A DNA stretch of 64,000 nucleotides, taken from the NCBI GenBank assembly GCA_041937175.2, contig CP166615.1, positions 384,001 through 448,000 on the forward strand, in the 5' to 3' direction. Shown piece after piece: positions 44,669 through 56,797 of this stretch. Position numbers and translations under genes: made by a program. The notes beneath the pieces are model-generated. The model made no database searches. It saw only the letters and a program-made list of their open reading frames with translations, and was not told the origin of the DNA. Within the stretch, counting starts at the first letter, position 1. Every line of letters starts with the position of its first letter. The stretch is from Limnothrix sp. BL-A-16. GTDB lineage: Bacteria; Cyanobacteriota; Cyanobacteriia; CACIAM-69d.

Positions 44669-45832
44669 CTAGAGCAACCCAGCCAAGTGCAGCGGCCCGC
44701 GGCCGCTGATCAACTCCAACGCCAGCGCCAGGAAGCCCAGCATGGCCAAGCGACCATTCCACACTTCCGCCGCCGTGGTCAGCCCCCATTCCCAACGCTC
44801 TTGGGGATAGATCTTGGCTTTGTCGGGCGGGTGCAAGGTTTGGGCTAGGGTCATGCCCTTGCCGTCTAGGGTTTCGATCGCCAAGTTGGCCAAATCCTCA
44901 ATGAAACCCGGATGGACATTCAGGGCGGGCACGCGGTGGAAATTATGAATTCCCGCTTCTTCGGCCACTTCCCGATATTCCATGTCAATTTCTTCAAGGG
45001 TTTCGATGTGCTCAGACACGAAACTAATCGGCACGACCACCAGGGTTTTCACCCCTTGGGCGGCCAGTTCCTTGATCGCATCGTCCGTGTAGGGCTGCAA
45101 CCACTCGATCGGCCCCACCCGGCTTTGATAGGCCAGGGTATGTTGGTTGGGTCGATTCAGGGTGCGAATAATCCGCGCTACGCAGTCTTCAATTTCTTGT
45201 TGGTAGGGATCGCCGGCCTCGGTCACGTAGCTGACGGGCACACCGTGGGCACTGAAGAAAATGTGGGCGCTGTTGGGATCTTCACAGCGATCGAGTTCCG
45301 TGGCAATCAAATCCGCCATGGCCCGGAGATAACCGGGGCGATCGTACCAAGACTGCACCACACGATGGTCAATTTTTTGCAGGGTTTGATCCTTTTTCAT
45401 CAGCCGTTCAATCAGCCGGAAGCTGGAACCGCTGGTGCTAATTGAAAATTGGGGGTAGAGCGGCAAAATCGCCAGGTTGTCTACGCCATCCCGCTTGATC
45501 TGATCGAGTGCTTCTTCGGTGAAGGGATACCAATAGCGCATTCCGATGTAGATCTTGGCATCGCGGCCCCGCTCCCGCAGTTTGCCTTCCAGGGCGCGGG
45601 CCTGGTCTTCGGTGATTTGCCGCAGGGGCGAGCCGCCACCAATTTGCTTGTAGCCCTCTTGGGATTTGGAGGCCCGCAGGGTGGAGATCAGCCAGGCCAG
45701 GGGCTTTTGCAGAATTGGGCTGGGCAACCGGATAATTTCGGGATCGGAAAATAGGTTAAACAGGAAGGGCCGCACGTCTTCCAGTTTTTCCGGCCCCCCT
45801 AGGTTGAGCAATAAGACCCCATCTCGACCCAT
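44669..45832 (-). CDS. hemH: Ferrochelatase with a C-terminal CAB domain
   Basis: [44 protein letters not shown] motif. Confidence 0.97.
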   Translation of the reverse strand: MGRDGVLLLNLGGPEKLEDVRPFLFNLFSDPEIIRLPSPILQKPLAWLISTLRASKSQEGYKQIGGGSPLRQITEDQARALEGKLRERGRDAKIYIGMRYWYPFTEEALDQIKRDGVDNLAILPLYPQFSISTSGSSFRLIERLMKKDQTLQKIDHRVVQSWYDRPGYLRAMADLIATELDRCEDPNSAHIFFSAHGVPVSYVTEAGDPYQQEIEDCVARIIRTLNRPNQHTLAYQSRVGPIEWLQPYTDDAIKELAAQGVKTLVVVPISFVSEHIETLEEIDMEYREVAEEAGIHNFHRVPALNVHPGFIEDLANLAIETLDGKGMTLAQTLHPPDKAKIYPQERWEWGLTTAAEVWNGRLAMLGFLALALELISGRGPLHLAGLL

Positions 45833-46077
45833 AACCTTTTGCTTCCCGTTCCGCTGTTGGTGTTTCTTTTCAGATTCTTAACTGATATTAACAATATCTT
45901 GAGGTTTGCGCTGACAGGCGATCGCCCCATCATCTGAACCCGGCAAGGGAACCCGGCAAGGGACTTCGCAACGGTCTGAAACACAGAACCCTCAAGGCGT
46001 TCCGTCATCGACCCTAATTTGATTAAGAGCCGTCTGACGGACGATTGCTATTGTCAATAATGTTTTAAGGATGCTTT

Positions 46078-46707
46078 GTGGCTACGATTCTACGGGATTT
46101 GAGTTATCGCTACCAGTGGCTATACGACAACATTTCGCGGGTGGCGGCCCTGGCGGTGGGCGGTGAGGGGCGCTTTCGTCAACTAGCGTTACAAAACTTC
46201 GACTGGCAACCGGAAACCCGGGTGCTGGATCTCTGTTGCGGTTGGGGGCAAACAACGGCGCTGTTGGTGGAGCGATCGAACTGCGTGACCGGGTTGGATG
46301 CTTCGCCCAAAGCCTTGGCCCGGGCCCGCCTCGCTGTGCCCCAAGCTACCTACGTGGAAGCTTTTGCGGAAGCCATGCCCTTTCCGGACGGTAGCTTTGA
46401 GGTGGTTCACAGCAGCGCCGCCATGCATGAAATGGAAGCTAAACAGCTCCGCCAAATTTTTCAGGAAGTCCATCGGGTGCTGGTTCCGGGGGGCTGGTTT
46501 TTGTTTTCCGATTTCCATGCCCCCACCAACCCGCTGTTCTGGCCGGGGGTGGCCGCGTTCTTCTGGCTGTTTGAAACGGAAACGGCTTGGGAATTTGTGC
46601 AGACGGATGTGCCGGGCTTGCTGGAGTCGATCGGGTTTTGTGATGTGTCCCCAGCGTTTTATGCGGGTGGATCGGTGCAAGTGCTGCGGGCTAAGCGTCC
46701 CGATTAG
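46078..46707 (+). CDS. Class I SAM-dependent methyltransferase (UbiE-like)
   Basis: VLDLCCG.G, GLD.S, MPF.D..F, RVL.PGG. Confidence 0.88.
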   Translation: MATILRDLSYRYQWLYDNISRVAALAVGGEGRFRQLALQNFDWQPETRVLDLCCGWGQTTALLVERSNCVTGLDASPKALARARLAVPQATYVEAFAEAMPFPDGSFEVVHSSAAMHEMEAKQLRQIFQEVHRVLVPGGWFLFSDFHAPTNPLFWPGVAAFFWLFETETAWEFVQTDVPGLLESIGFCDVSPAFYAGGSVQVLRAKRPD

Positions 46708-46891
46708 GCTGAACCTTGCGAATGCTCATACAATCAATCCCCACACCGGCTGGCCCAGCATGGGGATTGATGAGCAATGGGTTTGTTTAGGTCGCCAAAC
46801 GGTAGCCCGATCGCCGATCAAGCCCTTGAGATTCTGTTTCCTTCGGCTTGTTTAAAAGCCGGAAATTAGAGCTTGAAATGAGAGCCGGAAA

Positions 46892-47962
46892 TTAGAGCCT
46901 AAACGGTGAAATCCAACCACGGAGGAAGTAGAACACGCTTTGCAGGTATTCCGTCACCACCTTGGTGCTGACGGTGAGGCCTTCGGAGTTGGGAACCAGA
47001 TCCGGAATGGAGAAATAGCGCCAGGGGATGGGGGTGATGTCCGGGGCATCGTAGGGCAGGGTGTAAAAGTCTGCCGGCTGCGGCACAACCCGGAAACCAA
47101 CGGACTCGAACGCCAGGGTCGATCGCCGCATTTCGATCGCGGAGGTGACCAGGGCAATTCGGGCCCCTTGGGGATTGGAACCAAACTCATCGCGCACATC
47201 CAGGGCGCTGTTGCGCACGTTCACCACTTCCCGCTTTTGGGCAATTTCGCTGCGGGGAATCACGATCGCGCTGGCCGGCACGCCCATTTCCTGTAACAAC
47301 ACGCTGATATCAGACGATTCCGCCGCCCGGCAGCGCGTGGCCGTGCCGTCTGGGTTCCGACAGTCGCTGCTTACCGATCGCCAGTAAGCATTCAGCTCCG
47401 GCCGGAAACCCGCGCTCACAATAATTCGATTCGCCCGGCCAGCTCGATACAGTTGTGCCGCCAGGGTGATGCGATCACCGCTTTCGGTCAGTTCAATGCG
47501 CTGTTGGCCAATCCCCGCCACACGAGTCGTGCCATTACCCAGCAGCACGATCGCTTCAACAGATCCGCGATCGCCATAGCCCTGCATAGACACCGCCTCG
47601 CGCTCCAGTTGCCCCGCCAGCAAAAACCCGATCGCCGGGGTGCTAAACAGCAGCAACACCGAAAAAGCCCAAGCCGCCACCCCATTGGCCGTGAACTTGC
47701 CCGGCCCTTCGCGCAACACCCAGCGCGAGAGCAACAGCAGCGACAGACCCAGAGGAGTCAGAAGCAGGGACAGAAGGCTGCCCACCGATTCTGAGGTGCG
47801 GCCACCGGGGTTCATAAACGCGATCGTCAGCAATGCCGCGATCGTGACAATGCCAAAGCCGGTGTAGTAGGCCACCGGGATGAACTTGACCTGGAACAGG
47901 AAGTACCAGAGCAGCCAGCCGATAAACAGCCAAATTAAGATAAAGGTCAGGGTCTCAAACAT
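46892..47962 (-). CDS. YdcF/ElyC (DUF218) family membrane protein
   Basis: N-terminal TMs, AIVLLG.G, IIVSAG, LVTSA..MRRS, P.PADF. Confidence 0.8.
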   Translation of the reverse strand: MFETLTFILIWLFIGWLLWYFLFQVKFIPVAYYTGFGIVTIAALLTIAFMNPGGRTSESVGSLLSLLLTPLGLSLLLLSRWVLREGPGKFTANGVAAWAFSVLLLFSTPAIGFLLAGQLEREAVSMQGYGDRGSVEAIVLLGNGTTRVAGIGQQRIELTESGDRITLAAQLYRAGRANRIIVSAGFRPELNAYWRSVSSDCRNPDGTATRCRAAESSDISVLLQEMGVPASAIVIPRSEIAQKREVVNVRNSALDVRDEFGSNPQGARIALVTSAIEMRRSTLAFESVGFRVVPQPADFYTLPYDAPDITPIPWRYFSIPDLVPNSEGLTVSTKVVTEYLQSVFYFLRGWISPFRL

Positions 47963-48808
47963 TCCAAATCACCCACGTCGGCGATCGACCTACCGGTTAG
48001 TTTTAACCGCAAGTTTTAGGGCAATGGTAGAGGAATTTTGCCGCTTTGAAACCAGAAGCCTAACCCCCAGCGCTTTTTGAGCGATCGACTGCTGACCGTA
48101 AACGCCCCTCACCCATTGCTAACTTTAGAAATTCCTTAACAATTTCCTGGATCCAACGAATTGCCCCGATCGCCCCGTGGCCCCGTCCGGTTGCCGCCTG
48201 GTGAGCCGATCAACGACGGGCGCAACCCCAAGTTGGGGCCTGCGGCTGGGTCTGCGTCGTTTTGCCCGGGGCTGTTGTCTTCCTCCTGCGTGCCTGTTGC
48301 TCAGCACCTCAAACCGGTGAACGGTTCGATCGACCAGCGCCAATCATGCTTAACCTGAATTTCCACACCCAATTTCTGTGCTCAGCCCATGAAGCAAATG
48401 CATCAATGTAATTAATGAACTTAGCAATCAATGAACTTAACGCACTGATCATGAGCTAAATTGTGAACCCTCTAGAGGCTGGATGGTGGTTAAATTTCGA
48501 TTTGTTCTAGAATTCAATAAATCTTTAAAAGACTCTGCTTAATCTATTCTTGACGCTGCCGAATCGTGGTGTTATACCAAATTCGGCTGGGTTAATTTCT
48601 TGATCAATTAAGCAGATGATCTGAGTTAGCCGTCGAATTGTTGCTTGCTCTTCAAAAAACGGATCCTGTGAATTGGTTCATTCATGAAGCAAGATTTCTG
48701 AGCCATCTCTGAATGTAAACAACGAGCTACTCTGAGTTTTGATGGCGTGACAACAGCTTGATGGAATCTTCATCTTGGTTGATTTAAAGTCAACTTACAG
48801 TCAGTCAC

Positions 48809-48860
48809 AATTTGCAAACTGGTTGCTCGCAAATTAATTTGCAAACTGGTTGCTCGCAAA
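48809..48860. repeat. Two copies of the 25-bp direct repeat AATTTGCAAACTGGTTGCTCGCAAA
   Basis: Exact copies at 48809-48833 and 48836-48860, upstream of the small ORF at 48915. Confidence 0.9.
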
Positions 48861-48914
48861 CTGTTGATGCCTTGTGATTACCCTTGATCAAATCATTCTC
48901 CACTGAGAAAAAAT

Positions 48915-49154
48915 ATGTCTGGAATTCGCGATGTTGACGGCGACCCCAGTGGTACTTGGGCAGACTTGAGCTGGTCTGATCTCAGCAGCGAAGAGCAGTC
49001 CCTCTGGGGTGAGTTGGGATGGGATGAGTCGAGCTGGGAAGAAGACACGGATCCCCCAGCCAGTGATGATGAATATTGGGAAGATTTGAGCGCTGGTCAG
49101 CAAGCTGCCTTGACGAAGCTCGGCTACACCCAGGCCCTTTGGGACGAGGAATAA
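48915..49154 (+). CDS. Small acidic Trp-rich two-repeat protein
   Basis: 79 aa; W.DLS..(E/Q)Q.....LG(W/Y)....W(E/D)E twice; coding-like composition inside an AT-rich region; followed by a hairpin. Confidence 0.7.
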   Translation: MSGIRDVDGDPSGTWADLSWSDLSSEEQSLWGELGWDESSWEEDTDPPASDDEYWEDLSAGQQAALTKLGYTQALWDEE

Positions 49155-49213
49155 AGACCGTCTGAAGTTTGCTTTCCCCAAGCTTTTTCCCTGATAACGC
49201 ACTGAATATTACG

Positions 49214-49245
49214 AAAACAAGGGGTTAACGCTCCTTGTTTTTTGT
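49214..49245 (+). terminator. Terminator hairpin derived from or resembling the REP palindrome
   Basis: AAAACAAGGGG-TTAACG-CTCCTTGTTTT followed by a T-run. Confidence 0.6.
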
Positions 49246-49682
49246 TTTATTTTTATCCCTATTTCTTGTTTTGCGACTTTGTTTTGTCTATTAATCGCTT
49301 GTTTTATCTATTGATCTATTGATCTTTTGGTTTTTGCTTTCTCTTTACTGTTTGCTGTCGAGGCTGGCTGGGTTTCTCAGGGACAGGGCCTGTTGAGGTT
49401 GGTTAACTGGCCCGATCGGGGAAACCAATTAGCAAACAGCAGTTCAAGTTGCAATCAATTGCAGTTGCTGGATTGGCGCGACAACCCATGGGAAGTATTG
49501 CTAAGGAAAAACTCGCCCATGAGGTGACATCCCAAAGACCGGCTCATGGTGACTTTTCCTGAGCAAGGTCTGGCCGATGCTGAATGAATAGTGATCGAAG
49601 ACGGTGATTGAAGACAGCAATTTAGGGCTTCAAGATCGCTGCTTTTTGATTTCTCACAGCTAATGACCGATCGAGTTTGTCT

Positions 49683-50768
49683 ATGTCTACTGCTTCTTTG
49701 CGTTGGCGTTTGGGTTGGGTTTTGCCCTTGGGATTGGGTCTGTTGATGGGCATGGTGGGGGAGTTGGGGCAGCCGTCGATCGCCCGGGCCAATCCCCGAT
49801 CGACCCCCGTGCTCAACACCAGCAGTCAGTTACCCCCGTCGGTGCGATCGCGCATCTTGGCAGTGGCGGCCCGGGATTTGGGCCAAGCTCCGGCGAACCT
49901 GACCATTCGCGAAGCCACCCGTGTCACTTGGGCCGACAGTTGCTTGGGTCTGGGTGGGCCAGCGGAGCTTTGTGCCCAAATGCAAGTCCCGGGTTGGGCC
50001 ATTGAAGTGAGTGAGCGTCAATCTTGGGGGCCGCCCAGTTGGTTTTATCGCGCCGATCAAGCGGGTCAGATCATTCGCCAGGCGGTGGGTTCCCGATCGC
50101 TCACGCCAGAGGTGGAACAGCGGTTGCTGCGACAGGCGGAACGATTGCTAAAGCTCCCATCGCGATCGCTCACGGTCACGGCCCTGAAGCGCAGAACCTG
50201 GGATGGCTGCATGGGGGTTTATGATGCACCGCTCACGGCCTGTACCATGATTGCGATCGATGGTTGGCAAGCCATTTTGAACCAGGGCGATCGTGCCTTT
50301 GTGTTTCACCTCGATCGCGCGGCCAACCTCGTTCGCTATAACCAAGCCGCCAGCAACGGCACAACCGCCATTGTTCCCATGACCAGCGACCTCCCAACCC
50401 TCGGCAATGGGGAGCGATTCCAGATGCACATCACTGGCGGGATTGCCGGTCGTCAGGAACGTTGGATTTTGATGGAGGATGGGCGAGTCTTCCGGCGCAT
50501 CAACGATCAAGCGCCGGAGTTGGTGGGCAAACTGTCCGCGAGCCAGCAAACCGACTTGGAACAGGCCATGGAGAATAGTGTTTTGTCCAATCTCTCTGGC
50601 CTCAGCTATTTGCCCACGCTGGGAGCTGCCGACTATCAAACGGTGACCCTGACCGATCGGGGGGTGTCGGTGCAATATGCCGATCTGATGCGCGATCAAC
50701 TGCCCCAATCCATCCAGCGAGTGATTGATGCTTGGGAACAGGCGATCGCCCGCCTGCAAACTCCCTAG
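49683..50768 (+). CDS. Predicted secreted hypothetical protein with two tandem Cys-pair domains
   Basis: Signal peptide; TW.DSCLG...C.....GW and TWDGCMG...C.....GW. Confidence 0.75.
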   Translation: MSTASLRWRLGWVLPLGLGLLMGMVGELGQPSIARANPRSTPVLNTSSQLPPSVRSRILAVAARDLGQAPANLTIREATRVTWADSCLGLGGPAELCAQMQVPGWAIEVSERQSWGPPSWFYRADQAGQIIRQAVGSRSLTPEVEQRLLRQAERLLKLPSRSLTVTALKRRTWDGCMGVYDAPLTACTMIAIDGWQAILNQGDRAFVFHLDRAANLVRYNQAASNGTTAIVPMTSDLPTLGNGERFQMHITGGIAGRQERWILMEDGRVFRRINDQAPELVGKLSASQQTDLEQAMENSVLSNLSGLSYLPTLGAADYQTVTLTDRGVSVQYADLMRDQLPQSIQRVIDAWEQAIARLQTP

Positions 50769-50800
50769 TTGATTGCCTCGGTCTTGGATGGCTTGGCCCC

Positions 50801-52363
50801 TCAAGGCCGACGCAATCGCTGCTCAATTTGCTGCAAAATTTGGGGCTTGGCGCGATCCAACTCCTTGCGTAGATATCCCTTGCCCACCTGTGGATCCGCT
50901 GCGGGCATCTGTGAGCTTTGGTCAGCCCACTGACGCAGCATTTGGCAATTGGCCGCCGTCAGATGGATTTTGGCCACATATTGGCAACTGTGGGGATCCT
51001 CAAGGGCAAAAAACAGCAATCGATAGCAACTTTGCTTGGCCAACTGCCGAGCCAATTCCAAATTTCGGGGCTGTTTCAAATCCAAATAGGACGGTAGCCA
51101 TTTCGCCCGCCGCGTGCCATCCCCGATCGACACATAGAGCACCGTCAGCCACAGCACCATCGGATGGGGAGACATCATGCCCATAAACCGGCTGTAACAA
51201 CTGCTGCCCTCTTCGCTGGATTGAATGGCGCGGATCATGGGGCGTGGCAACATAATCCAAACCGTCACCAGTGGATCGCCACTGGTGGGCAACAGGTGAG
51301 GAAACACGATTTCCGCGACCGGCTTGCCCTTGGGCCAGGACTGCAACCGACAGAGCACATCAGGATCGGCATTGCTCGATCGCCCCCGTGATTCAGTCCC
51401 TCCCTCGTTGCCGAGAGAAGCGCCGGGCAAAGTGGCCCGCTGGAGCGTGCTTTCAATGCGACGACTAATCAGCCGGCCAGGACTGTAGCGGTGCTCCATC
51501 GGCTCCAAAGCTTGCAAAATATCGCTAACGGATGCGGGGCGATCGTCCGGCTTTTTCGCCAAGCATTGCAGAATCAGTGACTCCAGCGGCTTGGGCACTT
51601 TCAGCCCCGGCCGCGCCTCCGCAAAGGTCATGGGCGGGGTGTCTCGATGTACCTTATACCAACTGCCAAAGGAATGGGTTTCCGCCCGCAGGGGCATCTT
51701 CCCCGAGAGCATTTCAAACATCACCACGCCCAGGCTATAGATATCAGCCCGGCCGTCCAACTCCTTGCCTTCCATCTGCTCTGGTGAAGAGTAGGCCAGG
51801 GTGCCCATGAAGTGGCTGGTTTGGGCCGCATCCCCCTGCATGAGTTTGGCAATTCCAAAATCCAAAATCTTGACCGACTCACCCATGTCCGGATCTTGCA
51901 CCACCAGCAGGTTGCTGGGCTTGATGTCTCGGTGGACGATCGGGCAAAGGCGATCCTCTAGCAAAATGCCCTGGTGAGCCGCCTGAAGTCCCAGGCAAAT
52001 TTGATGGGCCAGATTGAGAAAACGCGGCAGGGGCATGGTTTCCCGTTTGACGATCGCCCCTAGGTCTCGGCCTTCGAGATATTCCATCACATAGAACGGA
52101 ACCTCATCCTCGCTGACCCCGTAGTCCAACACCTGGACAATGTGCTTGCTTTTTTGCCCTAACAAAAAACAGGAGCGGGCTTCCCGTTTGAAGCGATCGC
52201 GCATTTTCTGGTTCAGCAAGGTTTGAGACAAAAATTTCACGGCCACGGGCGCATCCAGCAGGATGTGCTTGGCTCGATAAACGCGACCCATAGCACCGCG
52301 CCCGATCAACTCATCGAGTCGATATCGGTCGGCTAGCACTCGGCCAAGATTCGGGTCGCTCAT
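50801..52363 (-). CDS. Hanks-type Ser/Thr protein kinase with a cytoplasmic C-terminal domain
   Basis: IGRGAMGRV, VAVK, HRDIKPSN, DFG, YSSPEQ; start MSDPNLG. Confidence 0.93.
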   Translation of the reverse strand: MSDPNLGRVLADRYRLDELIGRGAMGRVYRAKHILLDAPVAVKFLSQTLLNQKMRDRFKREARSCFLLGQKSKHIVQVLDYGVSEDEVPFYVMEYLEGRDLGAIVKRETMPLPRFLNLAHQICLGLQAAHQGILLEDRLCPIVHRDIKPSNLLVVQDPDMGESVKILDFGIAKLMQGDAAQTSHFMGTLAYSSPEQMEGKELDGRADIYSLGVVMFEMLSGKMPLRAETHSFGSWYKVHRDTPPMTFAEARPGLKVPKPLESLILQCLAKKPDDRPASVSDILQALEPMEHRYSPGRLISRRIESTLQRATLPGASLGNEGGTESRGRSSNADPDVLCRLQSWPKGKPVAEIVFPHLLPTSGDPLVTVWIMLPRPMIRAIQSSEEGSSCYSRFMGMMSPHPMVLWLTVLYVSIGDGTRRAKWLPSYLDLKQPRNLELARQLAKQSCYRLLFFALEDPHSCQYVAKIHLTAANCQMLRQWADQSSQMPAADPQVGKGYLRKELDRAKPQILQQIEQRLRRP

Positions 52364-52642
52364 AGCGTCTGCGCTCTTCTGCTGGGCTGATCGCAAAAAT
52401 TAGAAATCGTCAAATCAAACCAAGAATGCAACAAATCCGGTGAATCCTATCAGTATCCACGATGCCCAGGCGGCGATGCCCAGGTGGCGATCGTCAATCC
52501 TGGGTATGCAGTCTTGGGTACTCAGTTGGCGGGGCCAGACCGTGAGATCAAGCGTTGAAATTCTGCGGATTCGGTTGCACCCAGACTAACTGGTCTATTT
52601 CCTCGTCATGATCCTTGCCAAAGAAACTCGATCAACTCGATC

Positions 52643-52684
52643 GAGCAGATGCCCGAGTGAGCAGATGCCCGAGTGAGCAGATGC
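52643..52684. repeat. Short tandem repeat GAGCAGATGCCCGAGT, about 2.6 copies
   Basis: Read directly. Confidence 0.85.
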
Positions 52685-53292
52685 GTGATGAAACGGATGC
52701 TTGATGGAACGGATGCAACAGATCTAACTGATCCAATAGCCATATCTGACCTGATCAGAGTCATCAGGAGCTGTTCCCGAAGACTTGTCTAGAAGGCTAG
52801 GGCAAGCAAACCAACCAAAATTAAAGCAAAAAGTTGATGAACAATGCGATTGGCGGCGGGAGACCTTAAGGGCGATCGCCCGCCAGGAGTAGGGAAAAAA
52901 TGGAGCGGTGGGGTTGGTTGAGGAGCGCTGGCAGGGAGGGGAATCGTTGGGCCCGGTTCCCCAATCATTGTCGCCTACTCCCAACTGATGGAGCAAAGGG
53001 GTCGATCGCGCCCTTGTGCAGAATTGGGCCCTTTGGCGGCTCAGTTTTGTGGCCCCGATGCGAGTGGAGGGCGAATCGATAACGTAGCGGTCGCAACCGT
53101 GAAAACGGTAAAAATCGTGCCGATCGCCTTGGGCCAAGCCAGAATTGGGGAAATCCCGTTTGCAGGTATCCGTGGAATACGCGGAATGTGCGGAATTTAT
53201 TGAATTGGTGCAATTTGCGGAACTTGCGAAATTTCTATCAATTCTGGGAATTGGTCGCATCCATCGTTAAGTTTGTGTTGAGTTTTGCACCG

Positions 53293-53338
53293 AGAGTTTG
53301 CGTCTAGAGTTTGCGTCTAGAGCTTGCACCTAGAGCTT
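53293..53338. repeat. Short tandem 13-mer AGAGYTTGCRYCT, about 3.5 copies
   Basis: Read directly. Confidence 0.8.
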
Positions 53339-53429
53339 TGATCGCGAGTCTGCACCTGAATTTGTGTCCGGTTGGGGGCCCGCCGTCTCCGCATTGGTTT
53401 TCCAGTTAAGTCTGATGGTCTTTGAACAA

Positions 53430-54503
53430 ATGGTTGCTTCCTCAACTCCCCAGTTAATCCCGATCGTCTTGGCCGGTGGCAAGGGTGAGCGGTTTTGGCC
53501 CCTCAGTCGCCGTCAGTTTCCCAAGCAGTTTCTTTGTTTGGATGGCAGCGGCCGCAGTTTGTTGCAAGCGACGATCGATCGCCTGATTCCGTTGGCGGGG
53601 GCGGCGGAGCATGTTTGGGTGGTGACGGGCCAACACCTGGAAGCCACGGCCCGCGAACAGTTGCCAGAATTACCGGCGGCGAATTTTGCAATTGAACCGG
53701 AAGGGCGCGACACGGCCCCGGCCCTGGCTTGGGCAACCCTGGAGGCGGCCAAGCAATATGGCGATGAGGCAGTGTTGGGCTTTTTCCCAGCGGATCACTG
53801 GATTGGGGATGGGGAAGCGTTTGCCCAAACCCTGGCGGCGGCGGCGACCCTGGCCCGCACGGAGGGGGCGATCGTCACCTTGGGCATTACGCCAACCCAG
53901 CCGGCCACGGGCTATGGCTACATCGAACAGGGCGAGGCCTTAGGAGACTTTGCGGGACTGCCGGGCTATCGCGTCAGCCGATTCACGGAAAAGCCCGATC
54001 GCGATCGAGCGGAACAGTTCCTCGCCAGCGGTCGCTATAGCTGGAATAGCGGCATGTTTGTGTTTCAGGCCAAGACGGTGATTGCGGAATTAGAGCGGCA
54101 CGCTCCGGAAATTATCGAACCGCTGCGGGCGGAAGGGGTGGCGGCCTATGGCCAGGTTCCCAAGTTGAGCGTGGACTATGCGTTGATGGAAAAGACCGAT
54201 CGCGCCTGTATTGTTCCGGCGGCCTTTGCTTGGGATGACTTGGGTGATTGGAACGCGATCGAGCGGCTGTTAAAGGGCGATCGGACCAATGTGGATTTGG
54301 CTCAACATTTGGCTTTGGAGACAACCGGGGCGATCGTTTACAGCAGTGATCCCGAAGAGTTAGTGGTCACCATTGGCCTGGAGGATGTGGTGGTGGTGCG
54401 CGATGGGAATGTGACCTTGATTGTGGCGAAGGATCGCACCCAAGATATTAAGGCGGCGGTGAAGGCGGTGCAGGATCATCCTGAATGGCTCGATCGGCTC
54501 TAA
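53430..54503 (+). CDS. manC: Mannose-1-phosphate guanylyltransferase (no PMI domain)
   Basis: LAGGKGERFWPLSR..PKQF, EPEGRDTA, PADH, FTEKP, WNSGMF, WDDLGDW. Confidence 0.93.
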   Translation: MVASSTPQLIPIVLAGGKGERFWPLSRRQFPKQFLCLDGSGRSLLQATIDRLIPLAGAAEHVWVVTGQHLEATAREQLPELPAANFAIEPEGRDTAPALAWATLEAAKQYGDEAVLGFFPADHWIGDGEAFAQTLAAAATLARTEGAIVTLGITPTQPATGYGYIEQGEALGDFAGLPGYRVSRFTEKPDRDRAEQFLASGRYSWNSGMFVFQAKTVIAELERHAPEIIEPLRAEGVAAYGQVPKLSVDYALMEKTDRACIVPAAFAWDDLGDWNAIERLLKGDRTNVDLAQHLALETTGAIVYSSDPEELVVTIGLEDVVVVRDGNVTLIVAKDRTQDIKAAVKAVQDHPEWLDRL

Positions 54504-54530
54504 CGCGATCACCCGAGTAATCAACGGAAA

Positions 54531-54541
54531 CAAGGGGCTTA
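54531..54541. repeat. Left half of the interrupted REP-like palindrome (right half at 56009-56018)
   Basis: CAAGGGGCTTA ... AGTCCCTTG rejoin to give CAAGGGGCTTAAGTCCCTTG. Confidence 0.85.
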
Positions 54542-54683
54542 GGGACTGTCGCCAAATCGCCTGAAACCCTGATTCCACCGTTGGCAGCTCGTGGGGGGCA
54601 AGGGGCTTGAGCATCTTGTTACAACGACTGGGATATGGAAAATCAATCGTTTCCACCTGATCTTAGGAAATGACGACAGGCCC
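54542..54683. mobile_element. MITE-like mini-element, family B (142 bp), inserted at the central TA of a REP
   Basis: TIRs GGGACTGTCGCCA / TGACGACAGGCCC (11/13). The TA duplication is visible once the IS110 is removed. Internal degenerate REP at 54599-54618. Confidence 0.8.
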
Positions 54684-54691
54684 TTGTATGT

Positions 54692-55953
<1,262 letters not shown>

Positions 55954-55980
55954 GCTTTACATTTTGTCACTTTCAGACCC

Positions 55981-56008
55981 TTGCGCCTCCTCGGCGAACA
56001 CAGTATCT
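55981..56008 (+). promoter_or_regulatory. Right-end half of the circle-junction promoter
   Basis: TTGCGC-N17-TATCT plus the T at 54685 gives -10 TATCTT only when the ends join. Confidence 0.7.
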
Positions 56009-56113
56009 AAGTCCCTTGCCTGGCGCTCAGGATTCTGATTTTTGATGTCGGTAGAGATTTTGAGTTGTGCTCTAATCAAAGATCTTTGACGGTGCTCGTT
56101 TTCCTACCTTCCT

Positions 56114-56605
56114 ATGGCTTTGCCCCCCTTGCCGGCCGCTTGCTGGCTGATTAAATCTGAACCCACGACTTACTCGATCGCCCATCTAGAGCGCGATCGA
56201 CAGACCCTGTGGGATGGCGTGCGGAACTATCAAGCGCGTAACTTTCTGCAAGCGATGCAGCCGGGAGATTGGGCGTTTTTTTATCACTCCAATACGGAGC
56301 CACCGGGAATTGCGGGTCTGGCGCAGGTGGCCGCAGCCAATGTAGTGGATCCAACCCAATTTGACCCCAACAGCAAATATTTTGACCCCAAGGCCAGTCC
56401 CGATCGCCCCCGTTGGTTCACGGTGGAAGTGGCCCATCTGCAAACCTTCGATCGGTTCTTATCGTTGGAATGGTTGCGATCGCAATTCACGGCCGATGAG
56501 TTGCTGATTTTGCGACGGGGAAATCGCCTTTCCGTTACGCCGGTCGATCGCCCCGTGGCTGAGCGATTGCTAACCTTGGCCAGCTCGCCTCAAACCTCGC
56601 CTTAA
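56114..56605 (+). CDS. EVE domain protein
   Basis: WL.KSEP...WDGVRNYQARN..GD..FFYHSN, RLSV.PV. Confidence 0.93.
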   Translation: MALPPLPAACWLIKSEPTTYSIAHLERDRQTLWDGVRNYQARNFLQAMQPGDWAFFYHSNTEPPGIAGLAQVAAANVVDPTQFDPNSKYFDPKASPDRPRWFTVEVAHLQTFDRFLSLEWLRSQFTADELLILRRGNRLSVTPVDRPVAERLLTLASSPQTSP

Positions 56606-56797
56606 ACCTAAAGAGAGCCAAAATAGCGCCAAATTTAAAATTGGGTCACTCAACTCCATCGAACTCCAGCAGGCCGGGGGCTGGAGCGCCTTGCTCCGGC
56701 TTTGGAAAATTGCGCTTTAACCAAATTTTAAAGATAGGTTAAGCTGAGGCAACTGCCATTTTTGCTACGGTCGAGAGCGCGTCCGCCCCCAATCCCC

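Noticed and set aside
48125..48358. GC-rich stretch as a structured ncRNA
   Set aside because: Only short hairpins and no family I can recognise; an Rfam search would be needed.
48809..48860. Possible CRISPR repeat pair
   Set aside because: Only two copies, 2 bp apart.
52724..53260. ORFs in the kinase-manC spacer
   Set aside because: Low-complexity, repeat-rich divergent promoter region with no recognisable protein features.
54599..54612. CAAGGGG-CT-TGAG (and GGGGCT-TA at 54540) as the IS110 left junction
   Set aside because: It matches the LTG at only 5/9. ACAGGCC-CT-TGTAT at 54676 matches 9/9, and the TIR pair explains 54542-54683 as a separate element.
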